Shown: positions 12,926-25,718 of the stretch, piece by piece | How positions within the stretch are numbered: position 1 is the stretch's first letter | Layout: each line of letters opens with the position of its first letter | DNA from: Lama guanicoe | Lineage: Eukaryota | Assembly (NCBI GenBank): GCA_013239625.1 | Contig: MU053559.1 | Location: 1,428,001 to 1,492,000 of the forward strand | DNA: 64,000 bases | Direction of reading: 5' to 3' | Position numbers and translations under genes: made by a program | The notes under the pieces: model-generated | Databases searched by the model: none | What the model saw: the letters and a program-made list of their open reading frames with translations, nothing else | What the model was told of the DNA's origin: nothing

Positions 12926-13019
12926 CTAGAGTTGTACCCATTAACAAGTTTAAATCTCTCCCTACCTTTATCCCTAAATTACCTCTTGACTTTACATCAT
13001 TTTTCTCTATTTAATACCT

Positions 13020-14290
13020 AATCTTTCTTTTCCTTTTCTTGCAAACTCCTGAAAATGTAGTGTATGTTCTGTTTTCCCTTCCTTGCTCTCAGTCACTCCT
13101 CAGCTGGCTTCTACAGAGTTCTTGCAATCTGTGCATATTTCCCAACCCTCATCTCTAAGTACCAGGATTTGACATGCTGATCACTCAGTCCCTCCCTCCC
13201 ACTGTCCCTCTTGAAACAACTGTCTTGGTTTCAAAGGCTATTTCTGGGTTCCCTGTGTTGCTCCCTAATGTCCTTTTCTTCCTCTAACCATCTTGTAAAT
13301 GACGGTGTTTCCCTAAAGTGTCCTACTACACTACACCCATGCTTAAGGCTGCCAGAATAGGGAGAAAGAGGGTTGGGGAGGGGAGGGAAGAAGAAAAGGG
13401 AAAGAAAAAAATCTAACCCCCCTCCTTCTACCACTTGACACATCAACCTGAAAGATGATCAATACCAAGGCCACAATGTTCTTGTCTCCACTGGCTCTTC
13501 CTCCCTTCTAGTGGTCTCAGTTGGCACCCTCCTCTATGAAGTCACAAAATCTAGAAAAATCTCTTAACTCTTTCCTTTCTCTCACCCAGGAACATCCTTA
13601 TTAAACCCTGTCAAGTTAACCTCTGAAGTAATCTTCTAAATCAATACTCCTATCCCATTTTAGCCTTCATTTTCCTAGTTTGGGACTTAACCATCTCCTG
13701 AAACTGAGATTGCAATAGCAGCTTCCTAATTGGTCTTAAGACTCCTGATCTTGTTGCCCTCAAATTCACCCTCCACCCAAATGCCAGCGACTTATCTGAA
13801 ACACAAATTGGACCATGCCCCTTCATTGTCGAGAGACTTCAATGGCTTCCCTTTGCTCTTAGATCTTTATTAAGGTTCTCGTCAAGGCCAACATGGCCCT
13901 CCTCAGTTGAGCTGCACCTACTTCTGCACCTTTATCCCTCTACTACGCTCCAGTTTTATGTTCTAACAATGCTAACCTCTGTACTTCCCATCCCCATATT
14001 ATGTCTCACCCCTAGGCTTTGTATAATCATACTATCCCTTCTGCCTGGAAGACCCTCTTCTTACTTCCCCACTTTGTAAACACATAAGTTCATCCTTATA
14101 AAGCTTAGCAAACATGTCACCTCTTCTCAAAAGCCTTGTCTGACTCACCACTTTGACAATCCCAACAGCAGGATGCTTGCTCTCAGACTGTGCTGTGTAT
14201 AGCACCATCACTAACATAAACAATTTTGTAATCACTGATGTATATTTAAAAATCTCCAACTAGAATACGAGTTCCTACCAGGCATGGCTA
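13020..14290 (+). mobile_element. L2 fragments
   Basis: Pyrimidine-rich L2 motifs (gcaatagcagcttcctaattggtct; cttcaatggcttccctttgc; tcccttctgcctggaa). Confidence 0.65.
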
Positions 14291-14991
14291 GATTTTTTTT
14301 AAATTTATAATGGATGTTATTCTTCCTTTATCTCTTTGAAAATAAACTTCAAAGTCACTCTAAAATGATCCTCATTGGGAGCTAATTTATTTGCTGGTTG
14401 CTAATCTGGAATTTTAGATTGCAAGCTAACCTTGGTGAAAGTTAATTTCCCTCTTTCTTCATTCACCCTCTCTATAGGGAGTTGCTTCCTCCCAGGATTC
14501 TCAGTCCAATCCCACCAATAGGGGTAAAAGTACAGATTTACATAGTAAGCCAATAGTACATTTGAGTCTGGCCCCGAGTCTCTCTCTGCTCTCCTGCCTG
14601 CCACTACATATAGAAGTAACATCATTTTCTGTCTCTGTTCTGGGCAATGCTTGACTTCACACAGTCAGGGATCATTTCCTCCATCCACTAAATGTTTTGA
14701 TTCCTATTATTTACAGAAATACAATTCCCAGCCATTTCTTATCTTTTTCTGGATCTAGAGTCCAGTAAGTCAGTAACTAGAGGCCCATGACTAACAGTCT
14801 CTACTTACTGTTTGATCTGTTTCTAGTCCAGAGATTTATTGTTTCTTGATCACTGATATGTCTTTCTAATTTTTAATTTTCCCTGTTATCACTTTGTTTA
14901 GAAAGGAGATAAGAGTTTCAAGTATGAAATCAGCCATCTTGACCAAAAGCCCTCAGGTTTAAATTTTACAAGTACTACATAATCTTTTAGA

Positions 14992-15200
14992 GCAGGGGTC
15001 AGCAAACTGTGGTTCATGGGCCAAATCTAGCTCACTGCTTATTTCTGGTATAGCTCATGAGCTAAGAACGGCTTTTACATTTTTAATGGTTTTAAACAAT
15101 CAAAAGAATATTTTATGACATGTAAAAATTATGTAAAATTCTTATCTCAGTGTCCATAAATAAAGTTTTATTGGAATACAGCCATGCCCATTCATTTATG
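14992..15200. mobile_element. MER58B-like element, truncated at an LTR
   Basis: caggggtcagcaaactgtgg...gggccaaatctagc...aaataaagttttattggaatacagccatgccc. Confidence 0.8.
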
Positions 15201-15201
15201 C

Positions 15202-15714
15202 TGTTCCAGTTTCAATTGCTATGTAACCACTGTAAAACATAGTGGCATAAAGCAACTACCATTTTATCATCTCACGAATTCTGTGGGTCAGAAATTCAGA
15301 TAACACACAGGAGGGAAGGCTTTTTTCTATTCCAAGATGTCTGGGACCTCAACTGGGAAGACTCGAATAGCTGGAATCATCTGGAGGCTTCTTCACTTCA
15401 CTCATCTAGACTCTGACAGGGATAACTGGGCTTAGCAGAGACCACCTCTGAAGCGCCTACACGAGGTCTCTCCAACACAGCAGCCTCAGGGTAGTCAGAC
15501 TTCTTACATGGAAGCTCAGGGGTCCCAGCATGAATGTTCTACTGAACAGGCAGAAATAGCACTGCCTTTTATGACTTAGCCTCAGACGTCACATACTCTC
15601 CTGCACTGGTTACAGCAGTCATAAGCCCACCCAGATTTAACTGCAAGGAGACATAGGCCCTGCCTCCTAATGAGTGTGGTGTCAAAGAATCTGCAGCTAT
15701 GTTTTAAACCTCCA
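15202..15714 (-). mobile_element. MaLR solo LTR (MLT1H/I-like)
   Basis: ttgctatgtaaccac...tctcacgaattctgtgggtcagaaattc; both flanks carry ttatg (possible 5-bp TSD). Confidence 0.75.
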
Positions 15715-15956
15715 TTTATGTTCTTCACATCATTTAGTAGCAAAGTAATGACTCTGATTTAAAATGCGAGGCACATTCAAGTCTCAGAGCTTCCAAGTTT
15801 CAAAAAACTTTAACTTCACAAAAGGACTATCATCACAGCCCCGACTTGTGGACAATTTTAATACTTTGTTTTTGATCTGTCTTTAACCCTGAATATACAG
15901 AACACATATGAGTTTTTAAATGTTACAGGAGTAACTGATTAGGAGTAATCTGTATT

Positions 15957-16436
15957 TGTCTGATAGATAGCAAAAATGGTCCCAATTCTCCACTTTTTTC
16001 TTCACCTATGCCCTTTCAAGGTGATTTTGAAGCTCCTTCCCACTCCTTGAATCTGGACTGGCTTTGTGACTTGCCTAGGACAAGATGCAGAACAGGCGAT
16101 GTTGTGCCAGTTTTGAAACTAGCCCTCAAGACACCTTGCTGCTTCTATTCAGTCTTAGAAACCTGCCCAACTATCAGGAAAACAAGTCTGGGCTAGCCAG
16201 CTATAGGATAAGAGTCTCCTACGCCACACCAATTGCCCCAGTTGACAGCCAGTCAACCTCAGAGGCAGAGCACCCTGCTGACCTGTAGTTGACCACAGGC
16301 AGAAGGGAGACCAGCTAAGAAAAGGAGAGCTGCTCAGCTGAACCCAGTCCAAATGGCGACTCTCAGAATAATGAGCTAAATAAATAATTAGTATTCTGAG
16401 CCACTAACTTTTGAAGTGGCTAGGTATACAGCAATT
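15957..16436 (+). mobile_element. MaLR solo LTR (MLT1F-like)
   Basis: gcaaaaatggtcccaattctcc; ccttgaatctggactggctttgtgacttgc; ends gagccactaacttttgaagtgg...tatacagcaat. Confidence 0.8.
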
Positions 16437-17314
16437 TAGAAGGCAGTTTTTAATTATTAAATATAGAATGGAAATTTCTTCACACACCTCAGTCCTATTA
16501 TATTGAATCACTTTAGACACTGAAAAATTCTCCAAAACAGGCACTACTGCTGGGCTCCACTGAGAGTAGGGCATTCCAGCTAATGCCAAGATCACAGAGG
16601 AGTCAAACAGCTGACCCCAAAGAAGAAATCTATAATAGCAGCCATGCAAATAGCAAAGGTCATCCCATATGGAAGTCTCTCATCTGACCTGATCCCAAGG
16701 CAGCCATAAGGTACCTCCCTCAGACCAGAGGTAGTGGCACCTGCAATCAGCACTTAACTAGTTAACTAGTTACTTGTCCAACACCCCTAATACTTCACCT
16801 GAAGAGAACTTGGCATTGCTATTAGAATCCCTGGTCTTTTTAATTATAATCTCCATCCTCTATTTTCACAGTGTCACCCTTCAGTGTATTCCAGTAAAGG
16901 CAGGGCAGATACCAACTCAAAAGGTTAATTATACACATGTATGTAACTATGAAGTAATTTTTAAAAACCAAATATACCAGAATTCACACGTCCAATTATA
17001 GACTGACTTCCAAGAGACCCTCTGAGGCAAATGTAATTTCTCAAAATACTTAGGATATTTTTACTTGAATTTGCTTTCTGTTCTTTGGCATATATTTCTT
17101 TGAAAAAGGTCAATGGAAGCAATTTTTTTCCTTTGAGCGTGAACTTCACTTTTAAAAACAATCAAATGTTAATCAAAGTCCATTCAAATGAGCATGCAAT
17201 TGAGGTGTGTAAAACCAGTTTTAGTCAGTAACATGCTGGGAAAATAAACTGCAAGGCTGATTTATAATTCCAATTCTAGTGTCATTAGCTGGCAGGTTAA
17301 AACTCTAAAAGCAA

Positions 17315-17615
17315 AAAATCTTCAATGGCTCCCTACTGCTCACAGCACAAATTTTCAGACTCCTGGGCTTAGTATCCAAGGCACTCCACAATGTGACCAC
17401 AGCTCACCTTTCCAGTCTTATCTTCCTTCCACAGTCTCTTTGCTGGGGAAGCTGAGCCCCTCACTGCCCTCCAGTCACATGTCCTGGTACTTTCTTGCAC
17501 ATGTGCATCTGTTCACGTTCCTCCCCTGGACCACCCTCTATGTCCATGTCACCTGACTCTGTACCTGATACAGTGCCCAACACTATAAATTACTCAAATA
17601 CGTATTGAATGAATG
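17315..17615 (+). mobile_element. L2 3' end
   Basis: cttcaatggctccctactgc ... ends actcaaatacgtattgaatgaatg. Confidence 0.65.
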
Positions 17616-17968
17616 TGGTGAATAATCAATTCTTCGGGTGGCTTATTAATGGCTCTGAAGGTAATTCCAAAAAGGAGAGCTCCAAAAACATTCTGAGCAA
17701 GAGAATAAGCAGCTAGCCTCCAACATGTACTTTGAGGATGAAATTATGAAATGTTGGAATAGTAATTGATTTGCAGTCATACCTCATGACTGTCTAAGAA
17801 GGCCTAGTGAATCAGGTACTGAGCCAGAAATGAACTAAAAATTCCAGGATACTCCAGCCTATCTAGACCACTGATCACAATGCCACTGTATTTAAGACAG
17901 CAGGTCTTGGGGTTTTAGATTTCTTTGGGATGCTCTCTTAAGAATATTCAAGTTAAAAGCAAACACTA

Positions 17969-18853
17969 CTTTTGGACACATATCTAGACACAAGATTGCT
18001 GGATCATATGGTAGCTCTATTTTTAATTTTTTAAGAATCTTCATACTGTTTTCCATAGTGGCTGCACCATTTTACATTCCCACCAACAGTGTACAAGAGT
18101 TCTAATTTCGCCACATCTTCACCAACACTAATTTTTTATATATAATAGCCATCCTAACAGATGTGAGGTGTTATTTTACTGTGGCCATATATATCCAAAA
18201 GAATTGAAGGCAGGATTCCCAACAGATATCTGCACTCCCATGTTCAATGTAGCATTATTCAAGAGTCAAGATGATAGAAACAACCCAAATGTCCATTTGA
18301 CAGATGTATGAATAAAGAAAATGTGGTATATACATACAATGGAACATCATTCAGCCTTACAAAAAAGAAGGGAATCTTGTCTTTTGCGACAAGATGGATA
18401 AACCTGGAGGACATCATGCTAAGTGAAAAAAGTCAATCACAGAAGGACAAATACTGTGTGATTCCACTTATACGCGGTATCTAAAATAACCAAACTCACA
18501 GAAGCAGACAGTAGAATGGTGGTTGCCAGGGACTGGGAAGAAGGGGAAATGGGGAGTTATTGCTCAATGAGTATAAAGTTTCAATTATGCAAGATGAATT
18601 AAGTTCTAGAGATCTGCTATACAATGCAGTGCCTATTCATAATACCATACTGTACACTTAAAAATCTAAGAGGGTAGATCTCATGTTAAGTGTTCTTATC
18701 ACCAAAAAAGGGCACAAGGAAACTTTTGGAGGTGATGGATATGTCTATTGCCTTGATTTTGGTGACAGTTGCATGGATAAATGCATATGCCCAAACTTAT
18801 CAAATTGTACACATTGAATATGTGCAGTTTTTGTATATCAATTATACCTCAAT
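17969..18853 (+). mobile_element. L1MA10/L1MB1-like element with 5' inversion (17969-18185 on the minus strand)
   Basis: The minus segment is the L1 sequence immediately upstream of the plus segment; junction at tggcca 18182-18187. Confidence 0.8.
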
Positions 18854-19012
18854 TGCTAAAAACATGTTTGATAAGTGATATGTCATGAATTATTATAAAG
18901 AATAAAGACTCTAAGAATTTATGAGATCCTCCCCCCTCTGATGAAGTTAAACCCAATACAATAAAGCTGAGAATATTTTCAAAGCATTTGTGTGGTAAAA
19001 TTAGTTCAGGTA

Positions 19013-19095
19013 TATTAGGTTAAACCATGTGAAACTGCCATTGTTTTAGGTAAAAATGTTTGAGTATGAGTGATTTCATATGGTTCAACCTAATA
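19013..19095. mobile_element. MADE2 mariner MITE
   Basis: TA-flanked terminal inverted repeats ttaggttaaaccatgtgaaa / tttcatatggttcaacctaa, about 80 bp. Confidence 0.85.
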
Positions 19096-21114
19096 CTGCA
19101 GGATTTTGCTCACGAACAAAAGAAAAAAAAAAAAGAAAAGGCTCCTTCCTTTGCTTCTCTTCCTTTGTCTCCAAAACCCTCACACACTCTGGAAAACCTT
19201 AATTCCTATGAACTTTTAAGGATTTACAATTAACAAAGAAAGAAATACATGAAGCCTCAACTATATGTACATTATTTCTTAGTTCGAAACACCTAGTTTC
19301 CTTCAGGAGTTGTATTCCAGTTACCAGACTCAAGGTAATTGTCCTGTAAGTCCCCAGTGGGGTGTTAGGTCTCTCCACTTACATCTCAAATTTCTAGGTC
19401 AAATCTGAGCACCTCTTCCCATGTTCCATTTGCACATAGCAAATAGGCCATCACACCCAGGACTCCTGAATGTTGTTTAACGCAAGGGGTGGTTGTTGAC
19501 AAAAAGGCATCTCATCATTATTATCAGTGTGGGCTTTGGTGGAAGGGGGACTTGATTTTATTCTCATTTTTGCTGCTTTTCCTGCCCCAGAGTCGCAGCC
19601 AGCTGGCTAGACTATTATCTCTGGGTCTCTTGTCAGTCAGAACAGGAGAAACCTCACAGTCAGGTTTTCTAGCCCTGCGCCTGTGGCAGGAGTGGTGAGA
19701 CAGTTTCCCTCCATCTTCCTGGGCAGTCGCAACAAGACCCTGTGAGGGGGCGCAGGTGCTGTGACTAACTGGCACACTCCCAAGCCACAGTCAACATCAC
19801 GTGCTCAGAACAGAGGCTCAATTTTAATCCTTCTGAGACACCATTTCAGGAATCAGCCAATACACGGACATGTAATCAATGTAATGCTTTTGTGTGCTTG
19901 TGTGGGTCTTGAACTTATGAATTTTCTGCATTAAAATTTTTAGAATTTTCTGCATAGAAATTTTTAGGGTTACTCAAGACAAATATAAATGAAATCTCTT
20001 TTTTAATGGTGTTATTTCATGAGAAACACTGAATATATAATTTCAGCTTCAATGGTCAGAAGATCCTGTGCTTTCAAGTTTACTGGTAGAAATGCAAAAC
20101 AGGGACAGCAAAACTCCATCATCCCACCTCTGTTCCCTCAGTACAGGATGTTTTCCTCTTGCAAAGGGTTTTTTTTTTAAGTAAGATCTTTCATCTAATG
20201 TGTTTTAAATAACCAATTTTCTCTATTTCCCCAAGATGATTATTGCATGGTCTAATTAAGTTTTCCCTTAGGAAATGGCACCCCTGACATGCAAAGAAAG
20301 ACAAAACAACGGTGGCAGATTATAGAAATAGGGACATTTTTACCAAATGAAAAACTATAAAACTTAAAAGTGCCAAAATTACCCCTAAGCTATTCATATG
20401 CAATGATTTGAAATATCAGCAATTCACAGGAGGGAGACTCGTAAAAAATTTTTTATTTACTTACTGTTTTTCCCACATTCTGAATTCAGAACCCCACATT
20501 CCTACTTAGGCAGTTGACAGCATCTCAACCGCCTAAACACAAGTTCAGAGGGTTCCACTGCAGGCAGTGTAAGTGATGCTTGCTTTTGCATGACCTGTCT
20601 CAGAAGTAAAGCAGAGAAGGAACTGAGTTTCACATGTTTACTCTTACAGTGCCCATCAAAGAACTCAGTAAAGAATTGATGAAGGAACTTAGGCCAGAAT
20701 TTGGGAAACGTGGTTGTTAGATCAAATTTCTAGTCTATTACCACACTATTTTTTTTATTACAGTGGCTTTGTATTAAGTTTTAATTTGGTAAAGCAAACT
20801 CTCCTCACAAATTCTCCTGACGACCCTTGGGCATTTATTCTTCCCAAAACACAAAGCTGATCATGATACTCCTTAGTATAAAACCTTTCCAGTGCTCTCC
20901 AGTGCTCACAGGTTCCCTTGCAGGCCTCTGCAGGACTGAAGTTTAGTAGAGTGCAGAGTACAAGGTTAGCTTCCAAAGCCAACTGCTCAAAAGGAAAGGA
21001 GAGTCAGTGTCACCACCAGAGAGCCTCTTTCTCTGCCCTCGTTCCATACCAGGCTCACTCTCTCCTTTGAAAATAAGTGTTGAAAAATATTTAACAATGG
21101 TTTTGCAAGGGTGC

Positions 21115-21666
21115 TGTATCAGGGGTCCCCAAGACCATCCCCAAGTTCTGTGATTCACTAGGAAGATTCACAGAACTCAGCATATAACCACACTCATCGC
21201 CTATGATTTATTACAGTGAAAGGACACAGCAAAATCAGCAGAGGGAAAAGGCACATGGGGTGAAATACAGGGGAGACAAGGCAGAAGCTTCCAAGAGTCC
21301 TCTTCTAATGGAATTACACAGGATGCACTTAATTTCCCTAGCAACGAGTTGTGACAACACATATGAAATGCTGTCCACTAGGGAAGCTCATTAGAGACTC
21401 AGTGCCCAGGGTTCTTATTGGAGGTTGGTCACACAGGCATCCTCTGATTGGCAAATACCAAAATTCTAGACCTCAAGAAAGAAAGCAGGTGTTCAGCAGA
21501 AACCACATTGTTCATATAAATAGTTCAGGAACATTGAGCCACCCTTACCAGCTCTGGGAATGGTGGGAACCCCCCTGAAAATCAAGTTTCCAGATGCCAG
21601 CCAAGAGACAATCTTGTAAGTAGGCCTTTCAAAGTCAGGCCTGCTATGATAACACTTTTTTGCACA
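21115..21666 (-). mobile_element. Solo LTR of the MER68/MER77/MER21 group
   Basis: TG...CA ends; reverse start tgtgcaaaaaagtgttatcatagcaggcctga; 5-bp TSD ggtgc/agtgc. Confidence 0.8.
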
Positions 21667-22249
21667 AGTGCCAATCATTAGCCTGGCTGGGCATCAACAC
21701 GCCCTGCCCAGACCTGGGTGGGGTAAATAAAGCCATGAGAGTTCTCTGAGCAGGGTAATAAAGGGAGCAGGAATGGAGGAAGACCTAACCTCTCCCAGCG
21801 GCAGGAAGGAAGGGGCAATGAGGACTGCTTCCTGGGAGAGGCAATGCCTGAGCCAGGTCTGTACATGCGATAGATATTGTGGTGTGCTTGGATTTAAATC
21901 CCAACCAGGTGGGTGATCTTAGCTAGTTAATTAACTAGACTAAGTTGTACGAAGTGAGTTACCCACATGGACCAGGGCTATTTGTATGGCTTCCAAATCT
22001 ATTGCCAAGCCATGAGGCCTTGTGAGAGGTGGTACCAACCTAAATACAGGATGATAGATGTTCAGTTTTCTATGCCAGCAAATACCCTAGGATGATGCAG
22101 CTATTCAAATTGGGCTAAATTTGAAAATATTATCATCTCCCTTGGTTGGACAACAACTGGACAACCAATTTCCAGTCTGAGCATCACAGAGAAACTATGA
22201 TGGATGAAAGTGAATCCAGAGAGGGGAACCAAGATTAGAAAAAAGTTTG

Positions 22250-22450
22250 AGATAGATAAACAAGATTATACTGTATAGCACAGGGAAATATATATAAGAT
22301 CTTTGTGGTAGCTCATGGTGAAAAAGAACGTGACAATAAATATATGTATGTTCATGTATAACTGAAAAATTGTGCTCTACACTGGAAATCGACACAACAT
22401 TGTAAACTGATTATAACTCAATAAAGTAAAATTAAAAAAAGAAAGAAAAA
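22250..22450 (+). mobile_element. Camelid-type L1 3' end
   Basis: Nearly identical to 30843-31020; A-rich tail. Confidence 0.9.
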
Positions 22451-22774
22451 GATTTGGGAATCATATAATACAAATGACAGTTGAAACGGTGAGACTATAA
22501 ACTGTTATAGGCACCTTAGATAGCAAAGACAGAATCCTGTAAAACTGAAAATATCCATACCCTGTGACCCAGCAACCCTATTTCTAGAGAAAGTCCCACA
22601 AATCCTGGAGAAATTCTCACAAATTTATACAATTATCAATACACAATTGTTTACAAAAGCAAAATTCAGGAAGTCCTTCGGCTTCTGTCAGTAGGAGACT
22701 GGCTAGGCAGAAAAAGGTGTTTTCACACTGTGGGATAATTTATAGCCATTAAAACAATGATGATGGTCTACTTA

Positions 22775-23135
22775 CAAATTAGGATGGGCTAAATTTGCCA
22801 AATTAACAAAAGGAACCTAAAATCTGAGTGGTTTAACACAACCAAAGTCTATTTATTCCTTACACTACATGTTTAAAGTGAGTAGGCAGAAAAGTTTAAT
22901 ATAGTTATTCTCAGAGCCAAGCTGACAGAGAAACCCTATCTCCTATTTGCCAGGGGAATGAAATGTGGTAAATCTCATACTGGCTTTTAAAATTTCCATT
23001 TGGAGTTGCACCCATTACTTTTTCTTACATTTCGTTGACCAAAGCAAGTCACAAGGCCACACCTAACTTCAAAAGGGGTAGGAACTACAATCCTACCACA
23101 TGCCCAGATGGTAGACAGCCATAAATATTTTATGT
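22775..23135 (-). mobile_element. Old MaLR LTR (MLT1K-like)
   Basis: aaaatctgagtggtttaacacaac; ttgaccaaagcaagtcacaaggccacacctaacttcaa. Confidence 0.7.
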
Positions 23136-24546
23136 TATATATAACGACTAAAACAATATATTGTATTGCAAGATTAATACAAAACATATGAAAAGATCTA
23201 AGACATTTTGCTGTGTGGACAAAACATAGAGACACATTCATAATAACACCATTTGTGTAAATTAAAACAGAGAGCCAAAGCAAACCTATATGTTGTTTAT
23301 GCATACCTATATATGCATGAAACTGAGGGAGGACATTAGAAGAGGTGATCAAAGGGAAAATAACCATCCCTGTAATGTTTTAATTCCTTTATCTAAGAAA
23401 AAGAAAAATATGACAAAATCTTAATTTTTGATAATTCTGGCTGGTAGAGACTATGAGTGATCATTATATTATTCTATGAATTTTTCATTGCATTAAAATC
23501 CTTGAAATAAGCTGTTGAAAGAAGCAAAATTTTTTAGTCTCAGAAGACAACGGGCGGAAGAAAGGAGAATGGGAAATAGGAAAATAGCTTTAACTATTTT
23601 GGACAAAGGAGATTTGCTCTGTGTAGTAATGGAGGGGAGAGCTGAGAACGATGGTGAGAGATCCTGGAAGGCAGATCTTGGCTTGGGAAAAAAGAATGAC
23701 CTATCATAGAAAGATGAATGAGTAACATCAAAAATGCATGGAGGAAAAATATGTATCCTTTGGGGGAAAAAAGTGGTCAAGAGTCAGACAGGGGCCTATC
23801 TGACAGAATATTGTGGAGAGGATTCTTGCGCTGGGAAGGTGCAAGAATATGGTGATCTCCAAGGTTCTTCTAATTCTCAGGTTCCATCAAAGTTGGACCT
23901 CCAGAACCTCACAGTTTAGAGCTCACAGGCTCTGGAAAATGGAGCAGTTATCCTAAGAAAAGCTTTAAAAAATAATGCAACAATCTGAAATCAATATAGC
24001 CTGTAATGGTTTTACTTGGGAATGTTTCACAATCAATAAGGAATGATTCACTTAATTGGGCCTGAAAATTATTATAGGAGGAGGGTTATAAGAACTATAC
24101 TGGCCTTGAATAAAGCTCACTTTAATATTTGTGCCTTGGTCAACTTTACATACATAATTAAATCAGCATTATTTGTAGAACTGTTGTCTATTTAACCACT
24201 GTTTCTGTGACTTATTAGTTGTTTTCTTAAGCACCGAAGTCAAATTGCTCCCATAGCTAAAGATCTCCACAGAAACATGCCACTGAGATCAGTATTACTG
24301 TGTAAAATGAAGGAGTAAGAATAACGAGTTTGTTTTCCTTTTAACTAGTTGCTTTGACTACTGCCAAAAGAAAAAATAAAAATCTTAGCAGTGGAAAACA
24401 AGTATCATTGACCTATTCTTGTGTGAGGAGGGCCGGTCTGGTGTAAAAACAGTAGGTCAGAACTCAGGCAGCTCCCTGCTGTTGCCCTGCTCTCAGACAT
24501 GAAGGTAATGAATGTTAGCGGGAGTAAATGAGACAACATGCTGTAC

Positions 24547-24745
24547 CTGAGGATTTTCTTTCCAAAAGGTACCATATCTTTTGTATCTACAAGTTTTATC
24601 TGTACACAGCTAATACATGCCCAGAAGGTTACGAGGTGAGCAGCCTTTGCATGCCTGGAACCTGATGGATCTGAACAGACACCTGGGAAGCCCACCGTGG
24701 TTTTTAAGGAAGCTACGTTTCCACCATCCAAATAGTGAAAGCATG
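24547..24745 (-). other. Candidate 199-nt exon (probably 5' UTR)
   Basis: Acceptor gtttttatgttgcAG| and donor CAG|GTACAG in non-repetitive sequence. Confidence 0.33.
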
Positions 24746-25718
24746 CTGCAACATAAAAACATGTGCTTTGCCCATGTATTTTTGCCCTTTTAGGATTTAC
24801 TTCCTGCAGTGATTCTGTACCACATAACTAACAATAGGAAATGCTTGCATAAAAGTAACTTATTTAGTAGTTTCTTCCTATTAAATTTCAAGATTTACAA
24901 CAAACAAAACAAAACAGCTCAGAAGGCTCTGATTTATCCCCAAGTTAATGAGGTTGGTGTGGCTTGAATACTACCTTCCTTCTAGACCTATACTCCGGGC
25001 TGTGCTGGAGCTTCGTGTGGCTTGGTCCCACTATCACCAGAAACACTGGATGAGAGAAAAAGCTTCAGTGAGCTGGAAAAGTGGCTGGCCAGATCACCAC
25101 AATGCCTGGCAGGGACTCAGGTTTAGCCCTAATCTATAAGCAAAAGCTGATTATTTACCCCTCACCTCCCCAGCCTAGCTTCTCAGTCCTTCAAGTGCAA
25201 GTACTTACATCCTAAGAAGTCACAGGGCAATGTATTTACCCTTGCCACTGAAGAAGAAGAGTCTGGTGATAAAAATGCAAGAATGTAATGTTCAGAAGAA
25301 GAGAGTGTGGGGAAAACCAGAGACAAACAGGGGAGGGACGAGGAGGAGAAAGGAGTTGATGAATGAAGTCCTGGGGGCCGGGGGGTGGGCAAAGGTTACT
25401 GGAAAACAGCAGGACAGAAGTAAGAGAACGTGACAAAGAGGCAGGGCCAAGGAAAACAAGGAGGTCAATGATATGCTGCACAAGGACAAAGATCTGTGTT
25501 TCCGGATGAGATTACCATGTATGCCTTCAGAAAAGTGCCTTTGTTTTTCAGGAGGTCATGATGTATTATGCCAATAGTGCAGCTCTTCTGCTTACACTTA
25601 GAAACTTTTGTCCACATAACTACACCAAACACTGCATCTTTGAAACTATTATTTCAGAGATACAAATATTTGGGGGAGTTGAGGAAACCAATTCAAAACA
25701 TCACTTAAAATATCACTT

